DNA of 64,000 bases from Amoebophrya sp. A120 (lineage: Eukaryota > Protista > Dinoflagellata): positions 564,475-628,474 of the forward strand of contig CAJINV010000019.1 of NCBI GenBank assembly GCA_905178155.1, in the 5' to 3' direction. Position 1 is the stretch's first letter, and each line of letters begins with the position of its first letter. Position numbers and translations under genes: made by a program. This document shows positions 11,121 to 24,900 of this stretch, in pieces. A model generated the notes under the pieces. The model saw only the letters and a program-made list of their open reading frames with translations, was not told where the DNA came from and searched no databases.

Positions 11121-14100
11121 ATGTCTTCCCCGCCGGGCGGCGGGCCGGGCGCAACCATGGCCCAGCAGTCCACGATGCAGAAGTCCAGCTCTTCCCAGTC
11201 CTCCACCCGGTTTCAGCGGACCTCTCTCCAGTTCCCGGCCATCGCGAATGACAAGCGAAAGGTCAACCAGTTTCTGGTCCAAGCGGTGCAAGCCGGGGAT
11301 TTGGACCAGATAAACGCATTGGTTCTGGAGGACGGTGCGGATTTGGAATGCAAGGACCGGCTCGGGAGACCGTTGTCAAAGGTCGCGGTCCAGTCGGAGC
11401 TCTTACTACCGCACCAGAAGGACGCGGTAGTGAAACTGCTAGAGGAACTCCCCGGGAGGGTAGCGGCGATCGGGGAAATCGCGCAGACGGACTCGTTTTC
11501 CGGCTTGAAGCTGAACACCAACGCGACCAAGCACAAGCATTGCAAGAGAAACCGGACTATCAAATGCAAATATGTCCGGGTCTGGAAACTTGTGATGCTA
11601 AAATGTGCATGATGGAAACACTTTCGAACGCAGCTCAGCATGACAACTTTCCGCAGGGCTTTCTCATAGGCAGTCCGCATGAGAAATTACGTTTTTGCAT
11701 GACCAAAGAGGCTGCGGCTTTTGTCGGTTATGCAATACAGATTTCCCAGGAATGTAAAGCTAGCATTACAAGTTCCAACTTTCCAGACCCAGACACTTTG
11801 CAATCCATACGGACGGTTTTGTCCACATTCGCGGATGCGATTAATCGAGGGACGAGTAGTGTCGCGACGGTCAGGAAAAGCGCGCCGGATATGGCACAGT
11901 ATTTATTCATGATTTGATGTGATGCATAGAATGCAAGATGAAAGTGAAACTACAAACTTGTCGTGCAAATTTAGGCTGGATGATTATTCAGTGGAAAAAA
12001 ATGATGCGAACTAGGCACGCCACCATGAAGAATCCAGATTTGATGAAGATACCAGCAGAGCAGTTTAACTATGTATTGCAAAAATGTCTGGGTCTGGAAG
12101 AATGCAACTTGTCATGCTGCGTTTGGATGTCTAAAAAAGTTGTGTTGCATGAGCAGCAAAAGGGTTCTAGTTTTTGCTACGCGGGGAGGGCATTTGTCAT
12201 GCGGAATAGGCATCAAGAATCCCTCAAAAAACCTGTGATGCTAGGGCATGCATCACAGACATCATGGCTCATGCAAACCGTGCATGACAAGTCTCAGAAT
12301 CTTCCAGACCCAGACACTTTTGCAATCCATATTAACAAAACGCTATCAATTTGGACGAAAGCGGTCGGCGGTGAGCCTGTGGTCAACGCTTTGTCGCGGG
12401 TATAAGTTGATCAGGATTCATCTATACAATTATGCTGCGCTAGATATGTAATTTGTCTTGCGGGATTCGTATGCCACTAATGCTCATGCTAGAGATTGTC
12501 ATGCTAAAGTCTTGTTATTCAACAATACCAACGATCCAAAACCAGTCCGGCAACTTACTCTACTCCGACACGACCCTAATCCAAGACAACGCAGCCGCGT
12601 GGGGCCAGCTGTTGGGTAGTCGAGAAGTAGCACTGTATTACCTATCCAGAAGTCCGAACTTGCTGAAACTGAACCAACAAACGAGGAGTAAGTGCTGGCA
12701 AGCGCTGTTGGACGTTTTGAAGGCGAAACCATTGGTCTTTTGGGTGATGCACCAAAGTATAGTGGAATCGGTTTTTGATAAAAAGTATCAAGTGCAAGAG
12801 TGTCTGGGTCTGGAAACTTGTAATGCTAAAAATGAATGATAGACGCACTGCAATACGCAGCTATGCATGACAAATTTTTTGGCTGCCATGTCTTACGTAT
12901 TCCGCATGGCAAACTGCGTTTTTGCACGACAGGTAAGAGGGCTTTTTCGTGCCTATGCAACACAGATTCTCGAGTCATGCGAGACAAGCGTGACAAACTT
13001 GCATTCTTCCAGACCCAGACATTTTTGCATTTGATAAAAAGACGCACTAGCGAACCCGCTTGCAATCAGTTATTTTGTTAGAGCTTGTTCATGCTGTCGC
13101 TGTGAATTTCAATTTTCCTCGCTTGCTGATGTCGCTTTTTCTTTGATGCGGTTTCCCGCGAAAATGAAAAAGACCACCTTTTCAACATCGGTCGAAAAAC
13201 CACTTCACATCAAATCTTGATCAGGTTGCGTCCCGCAGCGCGTCGAGGTCCTGGGTCGTAGCACCTACGGCTCCGCGTATCAGGGTACCTACACCAGGAT
13301 AGACGGGTGCAAAATCAACGACAAAGTCGTGTACGTCAAAGACGAATTGGAGCCGCCAAAACCGAAAATCGGCTCTGGCCCGGGGCCGGAATTCGAGTCA
13401 CCGAGGAGTCGCAGGGAGCGGAAGGAAAAGGAAGCGGAGGAAGCGAAAAAGGGGAAGGACGTATCCTGTGCAAAAACGTCCCCACCCCAGAGTCAAGATG
13501 GAAAACGTACTACACAAATCAACAAGCTTTGGTTGATGCGCATAACAAGTTTGGCTTCGCATTGTAGTCGCGTTTCGCTAGTGCAGCAGTATCACAGATC
13601 CAGCATGTCGTGCGGATTCGAGCATCACAAATTTCGAAACCCACACAGAAAATGCTTCTCATGGGGCTTAACATGATGAACATTTTAAGCATGCAGATTT
13701 GCATCACAACTCTGGGGTGAGGACCTTTTTATTTAGGAGAGGACGTGGGGGAAAGCAGTTCGTCTTCCAGTAAGGAACCGTCAGCGGATGATGTGCCGGA
13801 AATCACGATACCAAGATCCGTCATGTATAAAGATGCATTTCTGTTTTTCGAAGCTCGCTTATTCGATGTATGATGCAATGCTTGCATTTACAATGCCGCC
13901 TTGTCATGCGTTTCCTCCAACACATCAGGTACCTCCTTCTCGATGAAGAGCAGCGGTGGCAGCTGACGAGTAAAAAAGACCCCATCTCGAAGATCCCGCT
14001 CCAACGTGTCAACCCGGTTGTGATCCGCCATCTGGGGACAGTCGACTCCCGGGCGATCTTGGATCCAACCCAACTTTACCTCGACAACTTCCCCTGGGAG

Positions 14101-17100
14101 CTCCGACAGGGCCTGGGGAAGTTCGCGGAGGACCGGAAGTTGAAAGTTTTACCGCTCAACGAGGGGAAGGAGTTTGTCGCCAAGCCGCTCTTTTACCTCC
14201 CGCCCGCACTGATCCGCGCATCGTACGGAGTGTTGAAGGAGATGCTGGGTCCGCTCTGGGCCGTGAACACGGACACAAAAATACAGTACGAAGTGTGTCC
14301 GGACCTGCGGAAGAAAGATCTGTGCTTCGGGGAAGCGGATCCAGAGGCAACGGAAATCTACTTTTTCAAACGGCTAGGGGGGTTTTCAGCGCTCAAAAGT
14401 ATTTTTTTGGCTGTGTTTTGTTTGCTGCAATAAAGTTAGCAGCTTTTTTTTGCGTTCTTTCCTCACGCAGACGGAGAAGTATACTTAATTTGTTCTACTA
14501 CCTGTTCGATGTTGACAATGAATGATACTGCAGATTACATCTACCTGAAACCGGACATGTATCGCGAGGAGGGGCTAGAGCCGACGGAAACCGCCTGTGA
14601 GATGGTACTGTGGGACCCGGTAACGATCTACCTGCTGTTCTACCGAATGAACAACCTGGAAGCGGACGAAGCAGCTGAGCAAGCGGGCGAGGACGAGCTC
14701 GTGTCACAAGTCCCCTGGTTGCCAGAGTGGACCGAGGAAATTGGGATGATGACGCCGCGAGTGGAGGGTTGGAAGGGCGGAAGGTTCCGGGTGTTTTCGA
14801 AAAGCTTTCCGCGAGGGACCTGCCGTATAGGGGTTTGTTTTGTGCTATTTCTATCGCGGTAGAAATTGTATACATTCCACAAAGATCAATGAGAGTGACT
14901 TTCACATCATCATAGTAAGTACAACCCTTCGCAAAAACAAAGAAACACATTCAAACTTCTATCAATCAAGGTATCCCCGGTTGCGGTCCCGCTATCCGCC
15001 CACCCCTTATCTACGGAAAAGTCGGCGCCTACGGGTATTCGAAGCAGTCCGAGAAACCCCTTTTCGTGAACTACACACAGAAATTGAACGACTACTGTAT
15101 GGCTCGCTCAGATGTTACAATCTCAAACGTTACAATAAAGTCGGGAATTGGAAGACCAATGGCCTTGCATGAACAGCACGACAGACTCGTAGACCGTTCC
15201 ACTTTCGGCAATACAAATTTCGTCAGATTGCGGCGTGGTTTGGATCTCCAAAACTTGTCATGCGGAATCCCATGAGAGTTGGCTAGATAATGCACTTTTT
15301 GCATCACAGATATCCACATTGTAACGCTTGAGATTGTAACAGCTGAGCAGGTTATATACTGCTTCGCAATCCAGGATGAGACGTACGATCCGGAGGAGAT
15401 TGCGAAAAAGGACCTGGTATCAAATGCAAAAATGTCTGGGTCTGGAAGCTTGTGATGCTAAAATGCGGCTGAGAGAAACAGTTCCGAATGCAACCCAGCA
15501 TGACAACTTTCCAGAACGCTTTCTCATAGGCAATCCGCATGAGAAACTGCGTTTTTGCGTGTACAAAGGAGGCCGCGACTTTTGTTGGCTGTGCAATACA
15601 GATTTCCTAGGTATGGAAAGTTAGCATCACAAGTTCCAACCTTCCAGACCCAGATATATTTGCAATGCATACCTGGAGTTGGAGGAAAACCCGGAGGAAA
15701 AACCGAATCTAGACGATGAGGAAGAGCAAAAACTCGCCATGGCGGAGTACTGGGAGAGACAGACGGAACATCTACACCCCGCGGAGTACCAGTTGCTGAT
15801 GCTCGGATCGTTTGACGCTTTCAACGACTACACGTTTCTGCAGTTGATTTACGAAGACGTGATGGACAAAAGTGCGAAGACGGACGTCCCGCAGTTCACG
15901 CTGCAGGTGTCAAAACCGGTGACCGTGTTTCTGTGCTACTTCGAGGAGGATATACCGGACGACGTCAGAGTGTGGCACGTGACAGAAGGGTGGAAAACGG
16001 ACGAGAAGTTGAAACCGCCAATAATTCGACACAGGAAAAGCCGGAGTGATTTAACGGCCTGTTCGATCAGGGTGAAAGATTTTTACGACGGGGAGATAAA
16101 AGTCAAATCCAGCCAGGGGGCGTTGATGGTAAGTTTGGATTTAATATTTTTTTCGCTGCATTTTTTGTGATGCGAGGTTGCGGATGAGTGAAGGAACTTG
16201 TCGTGCAGTTCAGCCATGCGCATGCCTACTTAGCTCTACTCAATAAAATCTATTATTCCAGGTTGCCTTCTTCAAGCCGATTCCCGCCAGGTCGGCAGAG
16301 GAAGATGACGTGGATCCGGCGAAAAAGGAGCTGCTGACAAGACCCCAGCTCTTCAGCAGCCACCCGCAAGTCTTTGAACTATTTAACCGCTTGAGGGATG
16401 AGTTTGGCGACGTGGCGGCGAGAAGGTACAGGAATGTCATGCAAGGCTTTCGCGATAAAAAGAAAAACATGATATCAGTTTTGCATGCATCGAATGCTGT
16501 TTTTCCGTGCGTGGTCAAACAAAACACAACTTCCCTGAAGGTACCTCGCCCGTCAGCAAGTCGCGCCGGGTTACCAGCTCGCGGGCCAGTGGATTTTCCG
16601 GCTCGGGAAGGTGTACCCGTGGGTCCGCGAGTTGAAACTGGAACTGTTGGAATCGTTCAACATCCTGAACATGGACGAGATTCTCCGCGCAGTGGAGTTA
16701 CACCCAGAAATCCTCGCAGCGAACGGGCCGCATTTGACCCGAGCCTTTAACACCATGAAGAACCTAAACGTGTTTGGCGGAAAAGCGGAATTGAGGTCCG
16801 CACTGCAGAAATGCCCGCTGCTTTTACAAGTCTCCGCGAACGTAATCGAGGCCGCGAACACGTTGATAAAGTCGACTTTTTATCAAATGCCAATATGTCT
16901 GGGTCTGGAAGGATGCAACTTGTGATGCTACCTGTGGACTCTACATAAAATCTGTATTGCGTGAACAGCAAAAGAGGTGTATTTTGTGCTACGCAAGGAG
17001 GGCGTTTCTCATGCGGTATGAGCATCAGAAAGCCCTCGCAAAGTCTGTGATGCTAGGGCATGCATCACCGACCTCATGGGTCATGCAAAATCTGCATGGC

Positions 17101-17582
17101 AAACTCCTGCATTCTTCCAGACCCAGACATATTTGCAATGCATACTTTTGAGGAGGAATCACCGGTCCTGTTCGAGTCCAAGCCGGACCTGCTGCAGAAG
17201 GGACTGGAAATCAACTATGCATTGCAAAAGTATCGTACTCGTACATATGCATTACAAATTTTCTCAGCATCAGAAATAAAATTTGTAATGCGGATTCCCC
17301 TTAGCGCCTAGATTTGTAATGCGTCACTGCAATTAGTACGAGTACGATACTTTTGTACTGGAAATCAACACGCTATTCGACAAGATCTACGCGATGTTCG
17401 GAGGAAATAAGGAATTCGTGAATCACCGGCTGAAGCAGAGCGTCAAGGAAGTGAACGACTGGCAGCAGTGGTATAAAATGCTCACCGCGAGTTCCGAGAA
17501 ACAGGAGGAATGGATCGGAAGATTGCAGGTGTACGAAGATTTTAAGGCGGTCGGGAGTCAGACGGGGAAAATTGGGTGGTGA
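11121..17582 (+). CDS. Large multi-exon hypothetical protein with N-terminal ankyrin-like repeat; 8 introners plus several GT-AG introns
   Basis: LVQAVQAGDLDQINALVLEDGADLECKDRLGRP..VVKLLEE resembles an ankyrin repeat; junctions checked rebuild in frame (RNRTVLSTF, LEINTLFDK); full exon chain not verified, could be more than one gene. Confidence 0.55.
11558..11809. mobile_element. Introner family A (252 bp)
   Basis: Family A TIRs; direct repeat CGGAC. Confidence 0.92.
12070..12331. mobile_element. Introner family A (262 bp)
   Basis: Family A TIRs; direct repeat TTAAC. Confidence 0.9.
12786..13036. mobile_element. Introner family A (251 bp)
   Basis: Family A TIRs; direct repeat AAAAG. Confidence 0.9.
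13462..13740. mobile_element. Introner family C (279 bp), right end AGA instead of ATA
   Basis: TATCCTGTGCAAAAACGTCCCCACCCC...GGGGTGAGGACCTTTTTATTTAGGAGA; direct repeat GGACG. Confidence 0.88.
15098..15356. mobile_element. Introner family F (259 bp)
   Basis: TATGGCTCGCTCAGATGTTACAATCTCAAACGTTAC...GTAACGCTTGAGATTGTAACAGCTGAGCAGGTTATA; direct repeat TACTG. Confidence 0.9.
15418..15671. mobile_element. Introner family A (254 bp)
   Basis: Family A TIRs; direct repeat CCTGG. Confidence 0.92.
16881..17144. mobile_element. Introner family A (264 bp)
   Basis: Family A TIRs; direct repeat CTTTT. Confidence 0.92.
17216..17364. mobile_element. Introner family B (~149 bp) with extended 13-bp direct repeat
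   Basis: Family B TIR core; ACTGGAAATCAAC at 17203-17215 and 17357-17369. Confidence 0.85.
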
Positions 17583-18684
17583 GGGAAAGGCAAGGAGGTT
17601 TGAAAGACAACTTCAAGACTATCAATTCCTTTTCCAGGATTGCTGCAATTTCTGTCTGGGCAGTAAGTAACACCATTTTCCAACATCCAGTTTGCAGCAG
17701 ATTCGATTTATTGTTTGATGATTCAAGATTCAGTGCTCTGTTTTTAGAAACGTTTGTTTATTTTCACTTTACAATTACAAGATGAAGCAACGAGTAGCTT
17801 CACGAAATCCAAAGTAGACAGCACGGAATTATTGTGATGCCACGATGTTGGCTCCACTTTTTTTGTACGATTTACCTCAGAAACTTCTTTGGCGAAGAGA
17901 CCGCGTCTTGCTCTTGTCTCTGAGCTTTTTATCGAGAAGTGGATGTAGGCAAACTCTATATGCTAATGTAAACCTCTCTGATAATGATGATGATCTTTGT
18001 CATACCCTCGTCCCTCCTTCCCACTTTTATGTACAATGACTTGATAAAAGAACACGCTTTTTTACCCTGTAAGTAGCACCACCTAGTACGCATCTTCACC
18101 GGCTGCCCTCGTTTCACACTTCACACGTCAAGGGCTAGCTCTGTATTGATTGTAAATGCAATATAATCTCGTCCAAATTAGAAATCCACGCGAGACCACA
18201 GTGGCTTGCCGCGTCTCATCATCTATCTTTCATTTCATACGAGACAAAAGAACCGTTATTTCTATGCAATGAGTTTCATCCCAACAGAACATTGAAGGTC
18301 CACCAAAGCAATGAACCCCGAAACCAAGATAAAACTAAAAGCGTGCGACTTATTGTAATACTCTGAATTGCAGGAGATGACGAGTTCGGGAGCAACGGCG
18401 TGCCTTTGCAACGACAAGCACTGGCACCTCCTCTATTTTGGATCCTAAACCGCTGGGCTTTGATGTGATCTACTGCAGAAACAGCAGGTCCAAGTTTTCA
18501 AGTTAAAGTGCTCAAGATGGTCCTCGTCCACGGAAAATTATAGTCCGGTTGTGACAACCGCTCCGGCGGAAGTCATATGTTTTTCCGGTGCATGAAAATG
18601 TAGCGCAGCACCTAGGGAAGCAGAAGCAACATCGTGGTGCCGCATCGAGCCGAGAAGTTGCAACACGATAGAAACGCCGCAACT

Positions 18685-20635
18685 ATGGCGGGTTTCGGGC
18701 TGTTTTCCCTTCTTTTGGCAAGAGCCATCTTCTTCCCCGTGTGCACCGATGGACTGGCGATTTTTTCCAGAACCGGGTCAACATCCGCGACAACAGAAGA
18801 GAAAAGTAACCAGCGCACCGCCGCGTGCCAGCTGTGCACAGCCTTGTGCGGACAGAACGCCTGCTCCGCGGGTGTCTGCCCGTTGGACAACTACGACAGT
18901 CTGAATCGGTACGAGGCAAGCAATATCAAATGCAAAAATGTCTGGGTCGGGAAAATTGCGAGATTTGTCACGTTTGTCTGGCAGGACCAGGAAGCTTGTG
19001 ATGCGTGTCCAAGAAGAGACCCTTTTGCCTGTCATGCAAAAACGCAGTTTGTCATGCGAAAAACGCAACACAAAGAAGCGCAGAGATTTCTCATGCTTGC
19101 CTGTGCATTACAGAGCATTCACTATTCCCAACGCAGCATTACAAGTTTCCAGACCCAGACATTTCTGCATTTGATAAGCAACCAGTGTTGGACTTGTGTT
19201 GCAGAGGACGCGAGACAAATCGACGGGTTCGAAACTTGCAATGCGGTGGTATGGATTGCAAAAATGTCTGGGTCTGGTGGAAGATTGCAACTTGTCATGG
19301 TAAATCCGAATCATGCAGATATCTGTGTTGCATGAGTGCCAAAAGCTGTCCACTTTCGACCAAGTTTGGAGGGAGTTTCTCACGCAGGATAGGCATGGCA
19401 GGGGCCTCACAGACTCTGTCACGCTAGGTCCCGCATTCCAGAGCTCATGGGTCATGAAAAACCTGCATGACAAGTTTACACTCTTCCAGACCCAGACACT
19501 TTTGCACTTGATAGGTGGCTTCAGCCGACAATGGTGCGGCTGTGATTGCCGGCACTGGTGCAGGAAATGCTGACTCGACAAAGAAGAAGAGTCTTGTGCA
19601 CACCGCTAGCAGCACTACTTCCTCTGCTTCTGTCACGACTTCCACAACTCTATCGCAACAGAATAAATCCAGCACGACCACCAAAAACGCGGAATTAGAA
19701 AAGCAAGCGGCCAAAGTGCTGGAATCCGCGCAACAAGCCTCTGAGAACGCAAAGCAGCTCGAGGAAGCCGCTGCGAAACAGCTGGAAGCGAATCAGAAAT
19801 TGCAGAAAACGTCTTCGGGGACGAAGAACGCACGGGAATCCGACATGCTGGCGGTGCAGGCACAGGCGCTGCAGAAGGAAGCAGACAAAGCAAAATCCGC
19901 CTTGGATATCGCGAAGAAAGCAACGGAAGAAGTAGCGCGGCGGTATTTGAAGTCGTACGAAGCGCTGCGGGCCCAGCAAGTGGAGTTGGACAACGTTGCG
20001 GGCGAGATGCAGGCGGCGGAAAAAAATACCCAAGAAAAAACTGTGTTAGTCGTGTAACTTTCCTTGGGTGACAGCATCACAGATCTGCTCTACATGATAG
20101 AGATAGAAAGCGACCTGTTATGCGTGGCTTGTGACGGACGATACACATGGAGAGACGACTTCGTGGTTGTCTGGCATGACAGGCGTAACTCTCTTGCATG
20201 TTCTGAGTTACAGAGTTACACTTACACATTTTTTTTTGCATAAAAAACCAACTCCAACTAATGACTGCCTGGAAACAAGCGTCCGCGAAGGCCAGCGCGC
20301 TGGCGAACAAAGCCGCGGATCTGGGCCAGAGTGCGGAGCAGGCGTCTTTAGCGAGTGCAAAGGCGACCTCGATCCTGGAAGCCGCGAAAGCCGCCCGGGC
20401 GAGCGCCGCCACGGCGACGGTGCAGGCGCAAACGGTGCTGGCGCGGTTGGCCGGCGGGGCTGGCGCGGGGGTGGCGGTTCCGGCGCTTCTGCACACAGCG
20501 GAAAATAAGTATACCCACGTGGGAGAGAGGACTTCTTCTGTCGAGCAAGACAAAAGTAGAAATGGAACACCGGTGGAAAAAAACGTGGAAGATGAGAGCG
20601 ATCTCGCGCAGGCGGCCGCCGCGGTGAGTGCGTGA
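18685..20635 (+). CDS. Putative secreted/surface protein: signal peptide, Cys-rich domain, Ala-rich coiled coil; 2 introners plus 1 atypical intron
   Basis: MAGFGLFSLLLARAIFF; CQLCTALC..CSAGVC..CWTC; in-frame joins EASNQCW, CNAVASADN, QEKTAWKQ. Confidence 0.65.
18924..19176. mobile_element. Introner family A (253 bp)
   Basis: Family A TIRs; direct repeat AGCAA; close reverse-orientation relative of 49118-49370. Confidence 0.92.
19250..19513. mobile_element. Introner family A (264 bp)
   Basis: Family A TIRs; direct repeat GGTGG. Confidence 0.92.
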
Positions 20636-21954
20636 GACGAACACCGGAGACGAGTTCTTGCTGGGGGCTTTAATTTATTACCTGCCGAAGCAAGAGTAGA
20701 GTTCGACGAGCCCCATCCTGCGTCACTGTTGAGTTTTTGATTTTCAAAACTTCTCTTTTCCAACCGAATCCATGAAAGTAAAGTTTTTTTGAACAAGTAC
20801 AGCTGTCACAAGCACGCAATCGGGACGAGGACACATGTTGCATCAAGCTGCACCTGATGTCCATCGAAAGCAGGAAATAGCGAAGCCTTACTCGGTGCTT
20901 GTGCCAATGGTTCCTTGCACAGTTGTTCTTCTGCCATTTTTTCTTCTCTGTGTCAAGCGGACTCGATTGTTGATAGCATAAAGAAAGAAGATCCAAGATT
21001 TCTTTTCTTGTCGAAGAAGATTTTGCTGCTCCATTTGTTCGGAGCTTCACCAATCTGGTAGAATATTTTCTCGAAAAAACCGCGAAGATCTAAGTTAGTT
21101 GGGGAGTTGTAGAGCTTGCTTTGTCAAACAGCTGCAGCGATATTTTATACTTAGCTAAAAAACGACTCAGGCTCAACTTTCGCAGTAGTCTCTGCTGCGT
21201 GCGGCGTTTTGATCTGTCCGAGACTGTTTCTATTTCGTGCTTTGATGTTGATCACAACCACGACTACTTTCCTTGCACGCCATCTCTCATCACATGGCTT
21301 GTGCCTTTCACTGATCTCTTTTCCCGCGTTTTGTACCTTTTCTTTTGAGATTTATTTTCTGCAGTCTGTCTCTCTGTTAGTTTGCTGCAGTGTCTGTGAC
21401 TGTGTGAGGAGAAGCAGAAGACGTAATAATTTTGTTGTAAGTATCTATGTTGAAGTAGACCGAAAATAAATTCATTGAAAAGCCGGTGGTCTTCTAAGTA
21501 GCTCCAGAAAGAAAAAGCACTACTTTTTCTCGAAGCAAAGGAAAAGCACTCCTGTCTAATGCGAAGTAATACAATTTCATATTCAATTAGAAATAGATGA
21601 AAGACAAACACGACTTCTGATCGTAAGTCGACCACACTATCAAATTGCTAGTACTTCTACTGGAAACAAGCTTTTCTGATTCTGAATTGGTATCTCTCAA
21701 CAAGAAACTCGTAATATAGCAATAGCACTGCTTTAATTATTTCTTCTTTGGTGCCACTAGTAGCTCAGACTTTTTCCAACTTTTTCGTTTTTCACACGTT
21801 CTGCCTTGCCATTGGGGCAATATTAGTATTACGACAGGAAAAGATTTTACAACTTCACTGAAAATAATATATACCTGCTAACACCATCCACAAACCAATT
21901 TGGTTCAAAAAGATTCCTCATCATCTTCATCTATCCTACCAAAAATCCGTCTAC

Positions 21955-24900
21955 ATGTCAGCCATTAGCCACACTACCGAAGAAGAGGAAAACTTTTCCC
22001 CTGGGTCTACTCCCGAAATCTCAAGATTTTTTTATGACCTGCTCAAACGTTACAATCTCAAGCGTTGCAATAGAATCTGGGATTTGTCTTGCATGATGAG
22101 CATGACACACTCGCAGAGCGTTCCACTATCTGCGATACAAATTTCGCCAGATTATAGTGCGGTTTGGAGCTCCGAAACTTGTCATGCGCAATCCTGTGGG
22201 AAGAGACTAGATCATGCACTCTTGCATCACAGATTTCTCTATTCTATTGTAACGTTGGAGATTGTAACACCTCACGAGCGGGTTATATTTTTAGCAACCA
22301 ACTCTCCGACGACTCCCCGCCAGCGGACATCCGAAAGGTCTCTGTGTCCTGTCCAAAGGTGTTTGTGTCCCCAGCGAGCGGCGCGAACCGGGGGGGCGAA
22401 ACCGAAATGGCCTCGTCGACGACTTTATCAAATGCAAAAATGTCTGGGTCTGAAAGGATGCGAACTTGTGATGCGTATTTCGGATCCTACAAAGACCTGT
22501 GATGCATGACGTGCAAAAGGTGCCCACTTCTGGCCATGCTGAGAGGGCATTTCTCATGCAGAATACGCATCACCAAGGAGCTCCAGAACCTGTGATGCTA
22601 GGCCCTGCATTCCAGACGTGGGGGAGCTTGGAAAAACTGCATGACATATCTCGGAATCTCCCAGACCCCGACACTTTTGCAGTTCATAGTCCTCCCAGAG
22701 CGACCAAGTTGTGTCCTCCTGCTCCGGCGCAGCTGCGGAGCAAGTTGCGGGGGAACCGGAATCTTCGGATCCATTCCCGCAGTAAGTTCTAGAGGGGGTT
22801 CATCATATTGAAAGTGTCGCTTGGTTCTGCTACAAAGAACTTAAGTATGTTCCGCGCACCAGGGTCGACTTCAAGGTTTGTTTTTGTACTGACATGATCT
22901 TTGCATCATGCGAGACTACATCTGTCAATAATTTTTTGCATGACAAAAAACCATCTTAGGTCCGCAGCGGTCGGGGTTTCGGGGATTTTGCAACCCACGA
23001 CGAGGTCGGTCGACGTGACCCCACGGTCAGCAGGTGGGCTGAACAATTCTCCGCAGAAAGAAAACAAGACCTGGCTCGGGCAGGCTTTCGAAACGGCGAT
23101 TAGCACGGTATAGTGCTGCATAGCAATCTGGCAACATCGGTAGTATGACATCAAAACGCCTGGCTTTGCTGGCATCAAGCCGTGAATGACAGATTGATTA
23201 ACGTAGTACTTTTTTACCTGAAAAACAAAAATTTCTTTTGAAACTAGGTGTACGACCAGAGCAAGCAGAAGTCCGCAGCGCCGGCTGTCTCTACGACGCT
23301 GCACGAAGGCGATATGGGTGTGTCAGGATTGCTATCGTCAAAGTTGAAATAACTTGTAATGCATAAAATCGATACCAGTTGGACGCCCAATTTTCAAGCA
23401 GTGCGTGACAAATTTTCCGAGCGCCGGAATCCGATTCGTCATGCTGTTTGGGCACAGACGACTGCTTTTGTCATGCTACTTTAGCAGCTCTATACCAAAC
23501 CCGAAACAGGCTCACAATCGGCCTCATTTGCAATCCCTGCAAGAGAGGCACTCCATGCCTTGCAATTTCTGCATGAGAAATTATTTCAACTTTGAGGATT
23601 TCAATCCTGACGCTTCCATAGGCGAGCAGATGTTTACCGAGGAAGAGTTTTTCCTCCCCTCCAAAGATTCTTCCCCTGCTGCGGGGGTGGTGCAAATGCA
23701 CACCGAACTACCCGTGCTGAAATCCGGGTCGTTGGCTGTGGAAAATCAACAAGTAGAACACCAGCAGAACATTGTAGTGCAAAGTACTGCAGCCACTACT
23801 ACCGCAACTTCCGGAGCACTAGGCCAGCATCAACAACAACAGCCTGTTCATCATCTTGCAGGAGCTCCGGCAAACTACACGACAACGGACAACCTGAAAC
23901 GCACGGAATTTATTTCCGACCCGGAAAATAGCAGTACGAATATTAACAACCGTGGTGCTGTTTTCAAGCGAAACACCAACACCGGGGAGCAGCAGGACCG
24001 AGAGCAGAGTGCCAACCTTGGATCTACTACGATCTCGCGGGAGGTTAAGATGGAACCTCGGGAGCTGTTTATTACAATGAAAAGTGCCCCCCACCCCCAA
24101 AGTTGCAAAAATTTGTGATGCGAAGTTTCCAAATGAAAACTTTTTGTCATGCATGAAAGGAGTATGAATCTTTCTGATGCAGATTCTAGTCGTGGGTGTT
24201 TCGCATCGCTTGCATGACAAGCGCCGCTCTTGCTGGGATCTTTTGCATTGCAAATTTTTGCTATTCACGATCGGAAATCTGTGATGCTGATACATGCAAG
24301 AGGGCGAATGTTTCATTTGGAAAGATTTGCAATACAAATGCTTTCAAGTTCGGGGAGGGGGGTATTTTTCATCGTAATACTGTTTCGCACGCCAATTACG
24401 ACGACCGGACGGGGTATCAAATGCAAAAATGTCTGGGTCTGGAAGAATGCAACTTGTCATGGTAAATCTGAAGCATGCAAAAATCTGTGTTGCCTGAGTG
24501 CCAAAAGCTGTCCACTTTTGACGAAGTTGGGAGGGAGTTTCTCATGGAGGATAGGCATGAGAGAGATCGCACAGAATCTGTCATGGTAGGTCCTGCATTC
24601 CAGACCTCATGGGTCCTGGAAAAGCTGCATGACAAATCGCGCACTCTTCCAGACCCAGACATACTTGCATTTGATACAACGGGGCTTTTTGGACGTCGGT
24701 GGGGAACAAGGTTTCGAGGCGGCGGATGAAATGAGGGAGGAGGTAGAAGTAGAAGTTTTGGGACTCAACATTTGGATACGAAAGCCGAGTGCTAGCGCGT
24801 GCTTCTCCTATGTCGTAAAGATTGGATTATAAATATTACTTAGCACACAACTTCTTCTTCCTCGTGCTCTGTTGTGCCAGCGTGAAAAATTTCAAATCGA

